Made by a program: the position numbers and the translations under genes
Part shown: positions 50,701 through 64,000 of the stretch, one piece after another
How the letters are laid out: each line of letters opens with the position of its first letter
Position numbering within the stretch: the stretch's first letter is position 1
Notes under the pieces: model-generated
What the model was told of the DNA's origin: nothing
Seen by the model: only the letters and a program-made list of their open reading frames with translations
The model's database searches: none
Assembly (NCBI GenBank): GCA_964016885.1
Contig: OZ024740.1
Span: 408,890,001-408,954,000 of the forward strand
DNA: 64,000 nucleotides
From: Eledone cirrhosa
Lineage: Eukaryota
Reading direction: 5' to 3'

Positions 50701-53700
50701 CTTTCACCTGCCACTAAGCCTCTACCCAGAGTCTGTCCAAGAATGTCATCTCTTTCACCTGCCACTAAGCCTCTACCCAGAGTCTGCCCAAGAATGTCAT
50801 CCCTTTCACCTGCCACTAAGCCTCTACCCAGAGTCTGTCCAAGAATGTCATCCCTTTCACCTGTCACTAAGCCTCTACCCAGAGTCTGCCCAAGAATGTC
50901 ATCCCTTTCACCTGCCACTAAGCCTCTACCCAGAGTCTGCCCAAGAATGTCATCCCTTTCACCTGCCACTAAGCCTCTACCCAGAGTCTGTCCAAGAATG
51001 TCATCACTTTCACCTGCCACTAAGCCTCTACCCAGAGTCTGTCCAAGAATGTCATCCCTTTCACCTGCCACTAAGCCTCTACCCAGAGTCTGTCCAAGAA
51101 TGTCATCCCTTTCACCTGTCACTAAGCCTCTACCCAGAGTCTGTCCAAGAATGTCATCCCTTTCACCTGTCACTAAGCCTATACCCAGAGTCTGTCCAAG
51201 GATGTCATCCCTTTCAACTGCCACGAAGCCTCTACCCAGAGTCTGTCCAAGAATGTCATCCCTTTCACCTGTCACTAAGCCTCTACCCAGAGTCTGTCCA
51301 AGAAAGTCATCCCTTTCACCTGTCACTAAGCCTCTAAGCAGAGTCTGTCCAAGAATGTCATCCCTTTCACCTGCCACTAAGCCTCTACCCAGAGTCTGTC
51401 CAAGAAAGTCATCCCTTTCTCCTGCCGCTAAGCCTCTACCCAGATTCTGACCAAGAATGTCATCCCTTTCACCTGTCACTAAGCCTCTACCCAGAGTCTG
51501 TCCAAGAATGTCATCCCTTTCCCCTGCCACTAAGCCTCTACCCAGAGTCTGTCCAAGAATGTCATCCCTTTCACCTGTCACTAAGCCTCTAACCAGAGTC
51601 TGTCCAAGAATGTCATCCCTTTCACCTGCCACTAAGCCTCTAGCCAGAGTCTGTCCAAGAATGTCATCCCTTTACCCTGCCACTAAGCCTCTACCCAGAG
51701 TCTGCCCAAGAATGTCATCCCTTTCACCTGCCACTAAGCCTCTACCCAGAGTCTGTCCAAGAAAGTTATCCCTTTCACCTGTCACTAAGCCTCTACCCAG
51801 AGTCTGCCGAAGAATGTCATCCCTTTCACCTGCCACTAAGCCTCTACCCAGAGTCTGTCCAAAAATGTCATCCCTTTCACCTGTCACTAAGCCTCTACCC
51901 AGAGTCTGTCCAAGAAAGTCATCCCTTTCACCTGTCACTAAGCCTCTAACCAGAGTCTGTCCAAGAATGTCATCCCTTTCACCTGTCACTAAGCCTCTAC
52001 CCAGAGTCTGTCCAAGAATGTCATCCCTTTCCCCTGCCACTAAGCCTCTACCCAGAGTCTGTCCAAGAATGTCATCCCTTTCACCTGTCACTAAGCCTCT
52101 ACCCAGAGTCTGTCCAAGAATGTCATCCCTTTCAACTGCCACTAAGCCTCTATCTAGAGTCTGTCCAAGAAAGTCATCCCTTTCACCTGTCACTAAGCCT
52201 CTACCCAGAGTCTGTTCAAGAATGTCATACCTTTCACCTGTCACTAAGCCTCTACCCAGAGTCTGCCCAAGAATGTCATCCCTTTGACCTGTCACTAAGC
52301 CTCTACCCAGAGTCTGTCCAAGAATGTCATCCCTTTCACCTGTCACTAAGCGTCTACCCAGAGTCTGCCCAAGAATGTCATCCCTTTCACTTGTCACTAA
52401 GCCTCTACCCAGAGTCTGCCCAAGAATGTCATCCCTTTCACCTGCCACTAAGCCTCTACCCAGAGTCTGTCCAAGAATGTCATCCCTTTCACCTGTCATT
52501 AAGCCTCTACCCAGAGTCTGTCCAAGAATGTCATCCCTTTCACCTGCCACGAAGCCTCTGCCCAGAGTCTGTCCAAGAATGTCATCCCTTTCACCTGTCA
52601 CTAAGTCTCTACCCAGAGTCTGTCCAAGAATGTCATCCCTTTCACCTGCCACTAAGCCTCTACCCAGAGTCTGTCCAAGAATGTCATCCCTTTCACCTGT
52701 CATTAAGCCTCTACCCAGAGTCTGTCCAAGAATGTCATCCCTTTCACCTGCCACTAAGCCTCTACCCAGAGTCTATCCAAGAATGTCATCCCTTTCACCT
52801 GTCACTAAGCCTCTACCCAGAGTCTGTCTAAGAATATCATCCCTTTCACCTGCCACTAAGCCTCTACCCAGAGTCTGTCCAAGAATGTCATCCCTTTCAC
52901 CTGCCACTAAGCCTCTACCCAGAGTCTGTCCAAGAATGTCATCCATTTCACCTGTCATTAAGCCTCTACCCAGAGTCTGTCCAAGAATGTCATCCCTTTC
53001 ACCTGCCACTAATTTTCTATCCAGAGTCTGTCCAAGAATGTCATCCTTTCACCTGTCACTAAGCCTCTACCCAGAGTCTGCCCAAGAATGTGATCCCTTT
53101 CACCTGTCACTAAGCCTCTGCCCAGAGTCTGTCCAAGAATGTCATCTCTTTCACCTGTCACTAAGCCTCTACCCAGAGTCTGCCCAAGAATGTCATCCCT
53201 TTCACCTGCCACTAAGCCTCTACCCAGAGTCTGTCCAAGAATGTCATCTCTTTCACCTGCCACTAAGCCTCTACCCAGAGTCTGTCCAAGAATGTCATCT
53301 CTTTCACCTGCCACTAAGCCTCTACCCAGAGTCTGCCCAAGAATGTCATCCCTTTCACCTGCCACTAAGCCTCTACCCAGAGTCTGTCCAAGAATGTCAT
53401 CCCTTTCACCTGTCACTAAGCCTCTACCCAGAGTCTGCCCAAGAATGTCATCCCTTTCACCTGCCACTAAGCCTCTACCCAGAGTCTGCCCAAGAATGTC
53501 ATCCCTTTCACCTGCCACTAAGCCTCTACCCAGAGTCTGTCCAAGAATGTCATCACTTTCACCTGCCACTAAGCCTCTACCCAGAGTCTGTCCAAGAATG
53601 TCATCCCTTTCACCTGCCACTAAGCCTCTACCCAGAGTCTGTCCAAGAATGTCATCCCTTTCACCTGTCACTAAGCCTCTACCCAGAGTCTGTCCAAGAA

Positions 53701-56700
53701 TGTCATCCCTTTCACCTGTCACTAAGCCTATACCCAGAGTCTGTCCAAGGATGTCATCCCTTTCAACTGCCACGAAGCCTCTACCCAGAGTCTGTCCAAG
53801 AATGTCATCCCTTTCACCTGTCACTAAGCCTCTACCCAGAGTCTGTCCAAGAAAGTCATCCCTTTCACCTGTCACTAAGCCTCTAAGCAGAGTCTGTCCA
53901 AGAATGTCATCCCTTTCACCTGCCACTAAGCCTCTACCCAGAGTCTGTCCAAGAAAGTCATCCCTTTCTCCTGCCGCTAAGCCTCTACCCAGAGTCTGAC
54001 CAAGAATGTCATCCCTTTCACCTGTCACTAAGCCTCTACCCAGAGTCTGTCCAAGAATGTCATCCCTTTCCCCTGCCACTAAGCCTCTACCCAGAGTCTG
54101 TCCAAGAATGTCATCCCTTTCACCTGTCACTAAGCCTCTAACCAGAGTCTGTCCAAGAATGTCATCCCTTTCACCTGCCACTAAGCCTCTAGCCAGAGTC
54201 TGTCCAAGAATGTCATCCCTTTACCCTGCCACTAAGCCTCTACCCAGAGTCTGCCCAAGAATGTCATCCCTTTCACCTGCCACTAAGCCTCTACCCAGAG
54301 TCTGTCCAAGAAAGTTCTCCCTTTCACCTGTCACTAAGCCTCTACCCAGAGTCTGCCGAAGAATGTCATCCCTTTCACCTGCCACTAAGCCTCTACCCAG
54401 AGTCTGTCCAAGAATGTCATCCCTTTCACCTGTCACTAAGCCTCTACCCAGAGTCTGTCCAAGAAAGTCATCCCTTTCACCTGTCACTAAGCCTCTAACC
54501 AGAGTCTGTCCAAGAATGTCATCCCTTTCACCTGTCACTAAGCCTCTACCCAGAGTCTGTCCAAGAATGTCATCCCTTTCACCTGCCACTAAGCCTCTAC
54601 CCAGAGTCTGTCCAAGAATGTCATCCCTTTCACCTGTCACTAAGCCTCTACCCAGAGTCTGTCCAAGAATGTCATCCCTTTCACCTGTCACTAAGCCTAT
54701 ACCCAGAGTCTGTCCAAGGATGTCATCCCTTTCAACTGCCACGAAGCCTCTACCCAGAGTCTGTCCAAGAATGTCATCCCTTTCACCTGTCACTAAGCCT
54801 CTACCCAGAGTCTGTCCAAGAAAGTCATCCCTTTCACCTGTCACTAAGCCTCTAAGCAGAGTCTGTCCAAGAATGTCATCCCTTTCACCTGCCACTAAGC
54901 CTCTACCCAGAGTCTGTCCAAGAAAGTCATCCCTTTCTCCTGCCGCTAAGCCTCTACCCAGATTCTGACCAAGAATGTCATCCCTTTCACCTGTCACTAA
55001 GCCTCTACCCAGAGTCTGTCCAAGAATGTCATCCCTTTCCCCTGCCACTAAGCCTCTACCCAGAGTCTGTCCAAGAATGTCATCCCTTTCACCTGTCACT
55101 AAGCCTCTAACCAGAGTCTGTCCAAGAATGTCATCCCTTTCACCTGCCACTAAGCCTCTAGCCAGAGTCTGTCCAAGAATGTCATCCCTTTACCCTGCCA
55201 CTAAGCCTCTACCCAGAGTCTGCCCAAGAATGTCATCCCTTTCACCTGCCACTAAGCCTCTACCCAGAGTCTGTCCAAGAAAGTTATCCCTTTCACCTGT
55301 CACTAAGCCTCTACCCAGAGTCTGCCGAAGAATGTCATCCCTTTCACCTGCCACTAAGCCTCTACCCAGAGTCTGTCCAAGAATGTCATCCCTTTCACCT
55401 GTCACTAAGCCTCTACCCAGAGTCTGTCCAAGAAAGTCATCCCTTTCACCTGTCACTAAGCCTCTAACCAGAGTCTGTCCAAGAATGTCATCCCTTTCAC
55501 CTGTCACTAAGCCTCTACCCAGAGTCTGTCCAAGAATGTCATCCCTTTCCCCTGCCACTAAGCCTCTACCCAGAGTCTGTCCAAGAATGTCATCCCTTTC
55601 ACCTGTCACTAAGCCTCTACCCAGAGTCTGTCCAAGAATGTCATCCCTTTCAACTGCCACTAAGCCTCTATCTAGAGTCTGTCCAAGAAAGTCATCCCTT
55701 TCACCTGTCACTAAGCCTCTACCCAGAGTCTGTTCAAGAATGTCATACCTTTCACCTGTCACTAAGCCTCTACCCAGAGTCTGCCCAAGAATGTCATCCC
55801 TTTGACCTGTCACTAAGCCTCTACCCAGAGTCTGTCCAAGAATGTCATCCCTTTCACCTGTCACTAAGCGTCTACCCAGAGTCTGCCCAAGAATGTCATC
55901 CCTTTCACTTGTCACTAAGCCTCTACCCAGAGTCTGCCCAAGAATGTCATCCCTTTCACCTGCCACTAAGCCTCTACCCAGAGTCTGTCCAAGAATGTCA
56001 TCCCTTTCACCTGTCATTAAGCCTCTACCCAGAGTCTGTCCAAGAATGTCATCCCTTTCACCTGCCACGAAGCCTCTGCCCAGAGTCTGTCCAAGAATGT
56101 CATCCCTTTCACCTGTCACTAAGTCTCTACCCAGAGTCTGTCCAAGAATGTCATCCCTTTCACCTGCCACTAAGCCTCTACCCAGAGTCTGTCCAAGAAT
56201 GTCATCCCTTTCACCTGTCATTAAGCCTCTACCCAGAGTCTGTCCAAGAATGTCATCCCTTTCACCTGCCACTAAGCCTCTACCCAGAGTCTATCCAAGA
56301 ATGTCATCCCTTTCACCTGTCACTAAGCCTCTACCCAGAGTCTGTCTAAGAATATCATCCCTTTCACCTGCCACTAAGCCTCTACCCAGAGTCTGTCCAA
56401 GAATGTCATCCCTTTCACCTGCCACTAAGCCTCTACCCAGAGTCTGTCCAAGAATGTCATCCATTTCACCTGTCATTAAGCCTCTACCCAGAGTCTGTCC
56501 AAGAATGTCATCCCTTTCACCTGCCACTAATTTTCTATCCAGAGTCTGTCCAAGAATGTCATCCTTTCACCTGTCACTAAGCCTCTACCCAGAGTCTGCC
56601 CAAGAATGTGATCCCTTTCACCTGTCACTAAGCCTCTGCCCAGAGTCTGTCCAAGAATGTCATCTCTTTCACCTGTCACTAAGCCTCTACCCAGAGTCTG

Positions 56701-59700
56701 CCCAAGAATGTCATCCCTTTCACCTGCCACTAAGCCTCTACCCAGAGTCTGTCCAAGAATGTCATCTCTTTCACCTGCCACTAAGCCTCTACCCAGAGTC
56801 TGTCCAAGAATGTCATCTCTTTCACCTGCCACTAAGCCTCTACCCAGAGTCTGCCCAAGAATGTCATCCCTTTCACCTGCCACTAAGCCTCTACCCAGAG
56901 TCTGTCCAAGAATGTCATCCCTTTCACCTGTCACTAAGCCTCTACCCAGAGTCTGCCCAAGAATGTCATCCCTTTCACCTGCCACTAAGCCTCTACCCAG
57001 AGTCTGCCCAAGAATGTCATCCCTTTCACCTGCCACTAAGCCTCTACCCAGAGTCTGTCCAAGAATGTCATCACTTTCACCTGCCACTAAGCCTCTACCC
57101 AGAGTCTGTCCAAGAATGTCATCCCTTTCACCTGCCACTAAGCCTCTACCCAGAGTCTGTCCAAGAATGTCATCCCTTTCACCTGTCACTAAGCCTCTAC
57201 CCAGAGTCTGTCCAAGAATGTCATCCCTTTCACCTGTCACTAAGCCTATACCCAGAGTCTGTCCAAGGATGTCATCCCTTTCAACTGCCACGAAGCCTCT
57301 ACCCAGAGTCTGTCCAAGAATGTCATCCCTTTCACCTGTCACTAAGCCTCTACCCAGAGTCTGTCCAAGAAAGTCATCCCTTTCACCTGTCACTAAGCCT
57401 CTAAGCAGAGTCTGTCCAAGAATGTCATCCCTTTCACCTGCCACTAAGCCTCTACCCAGAGTCTGTCCAAGAAAGTCATCCCTTTCTCCTGCCGCTAAGC
57501 CTCTACCCAGATTCTGACCAAGAATGTCATCCCTTTCACCTGTCACTAAGCCTCTACCCAGAGTCTGTCCAAGAATGTCATCCCTTTCCCCTGCCACTAA
57601 GCCTCTACCCAGAGTCTGTCCAAGAATGTCATCCCTTTCACCTGTCACTAAGCCTCTAACCAGAGTCTGTCCAAGAATGTCATCCCTTTCACCTGCCACT
57701 AAGCCTCTAGCCAGAGTCTGTCCAAGAATGTCATCCCTTTACCCTGCCACTAAGCCTCTACCCAGAGTCTGCCCAAGAATGTCATCCCTTTCACCTGCCA
57801 CTAAGCCTCTACCCAGAGTCTGTCCAAGAAAGTTATCCCTTTCACCTGTCACTAAGCCTCTACCCAGAGTCTGCCGAAGAATGTCATCCCTTTCACCTGC
57901 CACTAAGCCTCTACCCAGAGTCTGTCCAAAAATGTCATCCCTTTCACCTGTCACTAAGCCTCTACCCAGAGTCTGTCCAAGAAAGTCATCCCTTTCACCT
58001 GTCACTAAGCCTCTAACCAGAGTCTGTCCAAGAATGTCATCCCTTTCACCTGTCACTAAGCCTCTACCCAGAGTCTGTCCAAGAATGTCATCCCTTTCCC
58101 CTGCCACTAAGCCTCTACCCAGAGTCTGTCCAAGAATGTCATCCCTTTCACCTGTCACTAAGCCTCTACCCAGAGTCTGTCCAAGAATGTCATCCCTTTC
58201 AACTGCCACTAAGCCTCTATCTAGAGTCTGTCCAAGAAAGTCATCCCTTTCACCTGTCACTAAGCCTCTACCCAGAGTCTGTTCAAGAATGTCATACCTT
58301 TCACCTGTCACTAAGCCTCTACCCAGAGTCTGCCCAAGAATGTCATCCCTTTGACCTGTCACTAAGCCTCTACCCAGAGTCTGTCCAAGAATGTCATCCC
58401 TTTCACCTGTCACTAAGCGTCTACCCAGAGTCTGCCCAAGAATGTCATCCCTTTCACTTGTCACTAAGCCTCTACCCAGAGTCTGCCCAAGAATGTCATC
58501 CCTTTCACCTGCCACTAAGCCTCTACCCAGAGTCTGTCCAAGAATGTCATCCCTTTCACCTGTCATTAAGCCTCTACCCAGAGTCTGTCCAAGAATGTCA
58601 TCCCTTTCACCTGCCACGAAGCCTCTGCCCAGAGTCTGTCCAAGAATGTCATCCCTTTCACCTGTCACTAAGTCTCTACCCAGAGTCTGTCCAAGAATGT
58701 CATCCCTTTCACCTGCCACTAAGCCTCTACCCAGAGTCTGTCCAAGAATGTCATCCCTTTCACCTGTCATTAAGCCTCTACCCAGAGTCTGTCCAAGAAT
58801 GTCATCCCTTTCACCTGCCACTAAGCCTCTACCCAGAGTCTATCCAAGAATGTCATCCCTTTCACCTGTCACTAAGCCTCTACCCAGAGTCTGTCTAAGA
58901 ATATCATCCCTTTCACCTGCCACTAAGCCTCTACCCAGAGTCTGTCCAAGAATGTCATCCCTTTCACCTGCCACTAAGCCTCTACCCAGAGTCTGTCCAA
59001 GAATGTCATCCATTTCACCTGTCATTAAGCCTCTACCCAGAGTCTGTCCAAGAATGTCATCCCTTTCACCTGCCACTAATTTTCTATCCAGAGTCTGTCC
59101 AAGAATGTCATCCTTTCACCTGTCACTAAGCCTCTACCCAGAGTCTGCCCAAGAATGTGATCCCTTTCACCTGTCACTAAGCCTCTGCCCAGAGTCTGTC
59201 CAAGAATGTCATCTCTTTCACCTGTCACTAAGCCTCTACCCAGAGTCTGCCCAAGAATGTCATCCCTTTCACCTGCCACTAAGCCTCTACCCAGAGTCTG
59301 TCCAAGAATGTCATCTCTTTCACCTGCCACTAAGCCTCTACCCAGAGTCTGTCCAAGAATGTCATCTCTTTCACCTGCCACTAAGCCTCTACCCAGAGTC
59401 TGCCCAAGAATGTCATCCCTTTCACCTGCCACTAAGCCTCTACCCAGAGTCTGTCCAAGAATGTCATCCCTTTCACCTGTCACTAAGCCTCTACCCAGAG
59501 TCTGCCCAAGAATGTCATCCCTTTCACCTGCCACTAAGCCTCTACCCAGAGTCTGCCCAAGAATGTCATCCCTTTCACCTGCCACTAAGCCTCTACCCAG
59601 AGTCTGTCCAAGAATGTCATCACTTTCACCTGCCACTAAGCCTCTACCCAGAGTCTGTCCAAGAATGTCATCCCTTTCACCTGCCACTAAGCCTCTACCC

Positions 59701-62700
59701 AGAGTCTGTCCAAGAATGTCATCCCTTTCACCTGTCACTAAGCCTCTACCCAGAGTCTGTCCAAGAATGTCATCCCTTTCACCTGTCACTAAGCCTATAC
59801 CCAGAGTCTGTCCAAGGATGTCATCCCTTTCAACTGCCACGAAGCCTCTACCCAGAGTCTGTCCAAGAATGTCATCCCTTTCACCTGTCACTAAGCCTCT
59901 ACCCAGAGTCTGTCCAAGAAAGTCATCCCTTTCACCTGTCACTAAGCCTCTAAGCAGAGTCTGTCCAAGAATGTCATCCCTTTCACCTGCCACTAAGCCT
60001 CTACCCAGAGTCTGTCCAAGAAAGTCATCCCTTTCTCCTGCCGCTAAGCCTCTACCCAGAGTCTGACCAAGAATGTCATCCCTTTCACCTGTCACTAAGC
60101 CTCTACCCAGAGTCTGTCCAAGAATGTCATCCCTTTCCCCTGCCACTAAGCCTCTACCCAGAGTCTGTCCAAGAATGTCATCCCTTTCACCTGTCACTAA
60201 GCCTCTAACCAGAGTCTGTCCAAGAATGTCATCCCTTTCACCTGCCACTAAGCCTCTAGCCAGAGTCTGTCCAAGAATGTCATCCCTTTACCCTGCCACT
60301 AAGCCTCTACCCAGAGTCTGCCCAAGAATGTCATCCCTTTCACCTGCCACTAAGCCTCTACCCAGAGTCTGTCCAAGAAAGTTCTCCCTTTCACCTGTCA
60401 CTAAGCCTCTACCCAGAGTCTGCCGAAGAATGTCATCCCTTTCACCTGCCACTAAGCCTCTACCCAGAGTCTGTCCAAGAATGTCATCCCTTTCACCTGT
60501 CACTAAGCCTCTACCCAGAGTCTGTCCAAGAAAGTCATCCCTTTCACCTGTCACTAAGCCTCTAACCAGAGTCTGTCCAAGAATGTCATCCCTTTCACCT
60601 GTCACTAAGCCTCTACCCAGAGTCTGTCCAAGAATGTCATCCCTTTCCCCTGCCACTAAGCCTCTACCCAGAGTCTGTCCAAGAATGTCATCCCTTTCAC
60701 CTGTCACTAAGCCTCTACCCAGAGTCTGTCCAAGAATGTCATCCCTTTCAACTGCCACTAAGCCTCTATCTAGAGTCTGTCCAAGAAAGTCATCCCTTTC
60801 ACCTGTCACTAAGCCTCTACCCAGAGTCTGTTCAAGAATGTCATACCTTTCACCTGTCACTAAGCCTCTACCCAGAGTCTGCCCAAGAATGTCATCCCTT
60901 TGACCTGTCACTAAGCCTCTACCCAGAGTCTGTCCAAGAATGTCATCCCTTTCACCTGTCACTAAGCGTCTACCCAGAGTCTGCCCAAGAATGTCATCCC
61001 TTTCACTTGTCACTAAGCCTCTACCCAGAGTCTGCCCAAGAATGTCATCCCTTTCACCTGCCACTAAGCCTCTACCCAGAGTCTGTCCAAGAATGTCATC
61101 CCTTTCACCTGTCATTAAGCCTCTACCCAGAGTCTGTCCAAGAATGTCATCCCTTTCACCTGCCACGAAGCCTCTGCCCAGAGTCTGTCCAAGAATGTCA
61201 TCCCTTTCACCTGTCACTAAGTCTCTACCCAGAGTCTGTCCAAGAATGTCATCCCTTTCACCTGCCACTAAGCCTCTACCCAGAGTCTGTCCAAGAATGT
61301 CATCCCTTTCACCTGTCATTAAGCCTCTACCCAGAGTCTGTCCAAGAATGTCATCCCTTTCACCTGCCACTAAGCCTCTACCCAGAGTCTATCCAAGAAT
61401 GTCATCCCTTTCACCTGTCACTAAGCCTCTACCCAGAGTCTGTCTAAGAATATCATCCCTTTCACCTGCCACTAAGCCTCTACCCAGAGTCTGTCCAAGA
61501 ATGTCATCCCTTTCACCGGCCACTAAGCCTCTACCCAGAGTCTGCCCAAGAATGTCATCCCTTTCACCTGTCACTAAGCCTCTAACCAGAGTCTGTCCAA
61601 GAATGTCATCCCTTTCACCTGCCACTAAGCCTCTAGCCAGAGTCTGTCCAAGAATGTCATCCCTTTACCCTGCCACTAAGCCTCTACCCAGAGTCTGCCC
61701 AAGAATGTCATCCCTTTCACCTGCCACTAAGCCTCTACCCAGAGTCTGTCCAAGAAAGTCATCCCTTTCACCTGTCACTAAGCCTCTACCCAGAGTCTGC
61801 CGAAGAATGTCATCCCTTTCACCTGCCACTAAGCCTCTACCCAGAGTCTGTCCAAGAATGTCATCCCTTTCACCTGTCACTAAGCGTCTACCCAGAGTCT
61901 GTCCAAGAATGTCATCCCTTTCACTTGTCACTAAGCCTCTACCCAGAGTCTGCCCAAGAATGTCATCCCTTTCACCTGTCACTAAGCCTCTACCCAGAGT
62001 CTGTCCAAGAATGTCATACCTTTCACCTGTCACTAAGCATCTAACCAGAGTCTGTCCAAAAATGTCATCCCTTTCACCTGTCATTAAGCCTCTACCCAGA
62101 GTCTGTTCAAGAATGTCATCCCTTTCACCTGCCACTAAGCCTCTACCCTGAGTCTATCCAAGAATGTCATCCCTTTTACCTGTCACTAAACCTCTACCCA
62201 GAGTCTGTCCAAGAATGTCATCCCTTTCACCTGTCACTAAGTCTCTACCCAGAGTCTGTCCAAGAATGTTATCCCTTTCACCTGTCACTAAGTCTCTACC
62301 CAGAGTCTGTCCAAGAATGTCATCCCTTTTACCTGTCACTAAACCTCTACCCAGAGTCTGTCCAAGAATGTCATCCCTTTCACCTGTCACTAAGTCTCTA
62401 CCCAGAGTCTGTCCAAGAATGTTATCCCTTTCACCTGTCACTAAGTCTCTACCCAGAGTCTGTCCAAGAATGTCATCCCTTTCACCTGCCACTAAGCCTT
62501 TACCCAGAGTCTGTCCAAGAATGTCATCCCTTTCACCTGTCATTAAGCCTCTACCCAGAGTCTGTCCAAGAATGTCATCCCTTTCACCTGTCACTAAGCC
62601 TCTAACCAGAGTCTGTCCAAGAATGTCATCCCTTTCACCTGCCACTAAGCCTCTAGCCAGAGTCTGTCCAAGAATGTCATCCCTTTACCCTGCCACTAAG

Positions 62701-64000
62701 CCTCAACCCAGAGTCTGCCCAAGAATGTCATCCCTTTCACCTGCCACTAAGCCTCTACCCAGAGTCTGTCCAAGAAAGTCATCCCTTTCACCTGTCACTA
62801 AGCCTCTACCCAGAGTCTGCCGAAGAATGTCATCCCTTTCACCTGCCACTAAGCCTCTACCCAGAGTCTGTCCAAGAATGTCATCCCTTTCACCTGTCAC
62901 TAAGCCTCTACCCAGAGTCTGTCCAAGAAAGTCATCCCTTTCACGTATCACTAAGCCTCTAACCAGAGTCTGTCCAAGAATGTCATCCCTTTCACCTGTC
63001 ACTAAGCCTCTACCCAGAGTCTGTCCAAGAATGTCATCCCTTTCCCCTGCCACTAAGCCTCTACCCAGAGTCTGTCTATGAATGTCATCCCTTTCACCTG
63101 TCACTAAGCCTCTAACCAGAGTCTGTCCAAGAATGTCATCCCTTTCACCTGCCACTAAGCCTCTATCTAGAGTCTGTCCAAGAAAGTCATCCCTTTCACC
63201 TGTCACTAAGCCTCTACCCAGAGTCTGTCCAAGAATGTCATACCTTTCACCTGTCACTAAGCCTCTACCCAGAGTCTGCCCAAGAATGTCATCCCTTTGA
63301 CCTGTCACTAAGCCTCTACCCAGAGTCTGTCCAAGAATGTCATCCCTTTCACCTGTCATTAAGCCTCTACCCAGAGTCTGTCCAAGAATGTCATCCCTTT
63401 CACTTGTCACTAAGTCTCTACCCAGAGTCTGTCCAAGAATGTCATCCCTTTCACCTGCCACGAAGCCTCTGCCCAGAGTCTGTCCAAGAATGTCATCCCT
63501 TTCACCTGTCACTAAGTCTCTACCCAGAGTCTGTCCAAGAATGTCATCCCTTTCACCTGCCACTAAGCCTCTACCCAGAGTCTGTCCAAGAATGTCATCC
63601 CTTTCACCTGTCATTAAGCCTCTACCCAGAGTCTGTCCAAGAATGTCATCCCTTTCACCTGCCACTAAGCCTCTACCCAGAGTCTGTCCAAGAATGTCAT
63701 CCCTTTCACCTGTCACTAAGCCTCTACCCAGAGTCTGTCCAAGAATGTCATCCCTTTCACCTGTCCCTAAGTCTCTACCTAGAGTCTGTCCAAGAATGTC
63801 ATCCCTTTCACCTGTCACTGAGCCTCTACCCAGAGTCTGTCCAAGAATGTCATCCCTTTCACCTGCCACTAAGCCTCTAGCCAGAGTCTGTCCAAGAATG
63901 TCATCCCTTTACCCTGCCACTAAGCCTCTACCCAGAGTCTGCCCAAGAATGTCATCCCTTTCACATGCCACTAAGCCTCTACCCAGAGTCTGTCCAAGAA
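47765..64000. repeat. 51-bp tandem satellite, ~318 monomers, running off the window end, with higher-order structure
   Basis: Consensus CCAAGAATGTCATCCCTTTCACCTGYCACTAAGCCTCTACCCAGAGTCTGT; a marker 50-bp monomer recurs at about 47912, 50461, 53010, 56528 and 59077. Confidence 0.98.

Noticed and set aside
47748-63880. Long 17-aa-repeat ORFs in three frames (MSSLSPATKPLPRVCPR, GERDDILGQTLGRGLV, LSLYPESVQECHPFH)
   Set aside because: They follow from a 51-bp (3x17) monomer that lacks stops in those frames. Stops and a 1-bp frameshift recur in every higher-order unit, and many variants change amino acids, so there is no sign of coding constraint.
47765-64000. CRISPR-like array
   Set aside because: There are no unique spacers, the monomers are contiguous, no cas genes are present and the context is eukaryotic.

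Overview
AT-rich, repeat-dense animal genomic DNA. The SINE/RTE/microsatellite mix suggests a coleoid cephalopod such as octopus, which is an inference. Nine small + strand exons (2955-31802) encode the kinase domain and S-motif of an OSR1/SPAK (OXSR1/STK39/Fray) STE20 kinase. The first exons and the C-terminal CCT/PF2 exons were not found in the window. The introns hold RTE LINE fragments, two tRNA-like SINE families, piggyBac-, hAT- and pogo-type MITEs, non-autonomous Helitrons, a maT/Tc1-mariner transposase relic and a decayed Penelope-like element (GIY-YIG). From about 47765 to the window end lies a 51-bp satellite with nested higher-order repeats (2549 bp and 6067 bp). The most striking unexplained signal is a set of mutually unrelated fold-back elements. 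Five are packed into 34.4-37.1 kb and one sits at 14 kb, and each carries a hammerhead-ribozyme-like core in its arms. A stand-alone, apparently intact minimal type I hammerhead lies at 22274-22309. Coordinates were read by eye and element boundaries may be off by a few bases.
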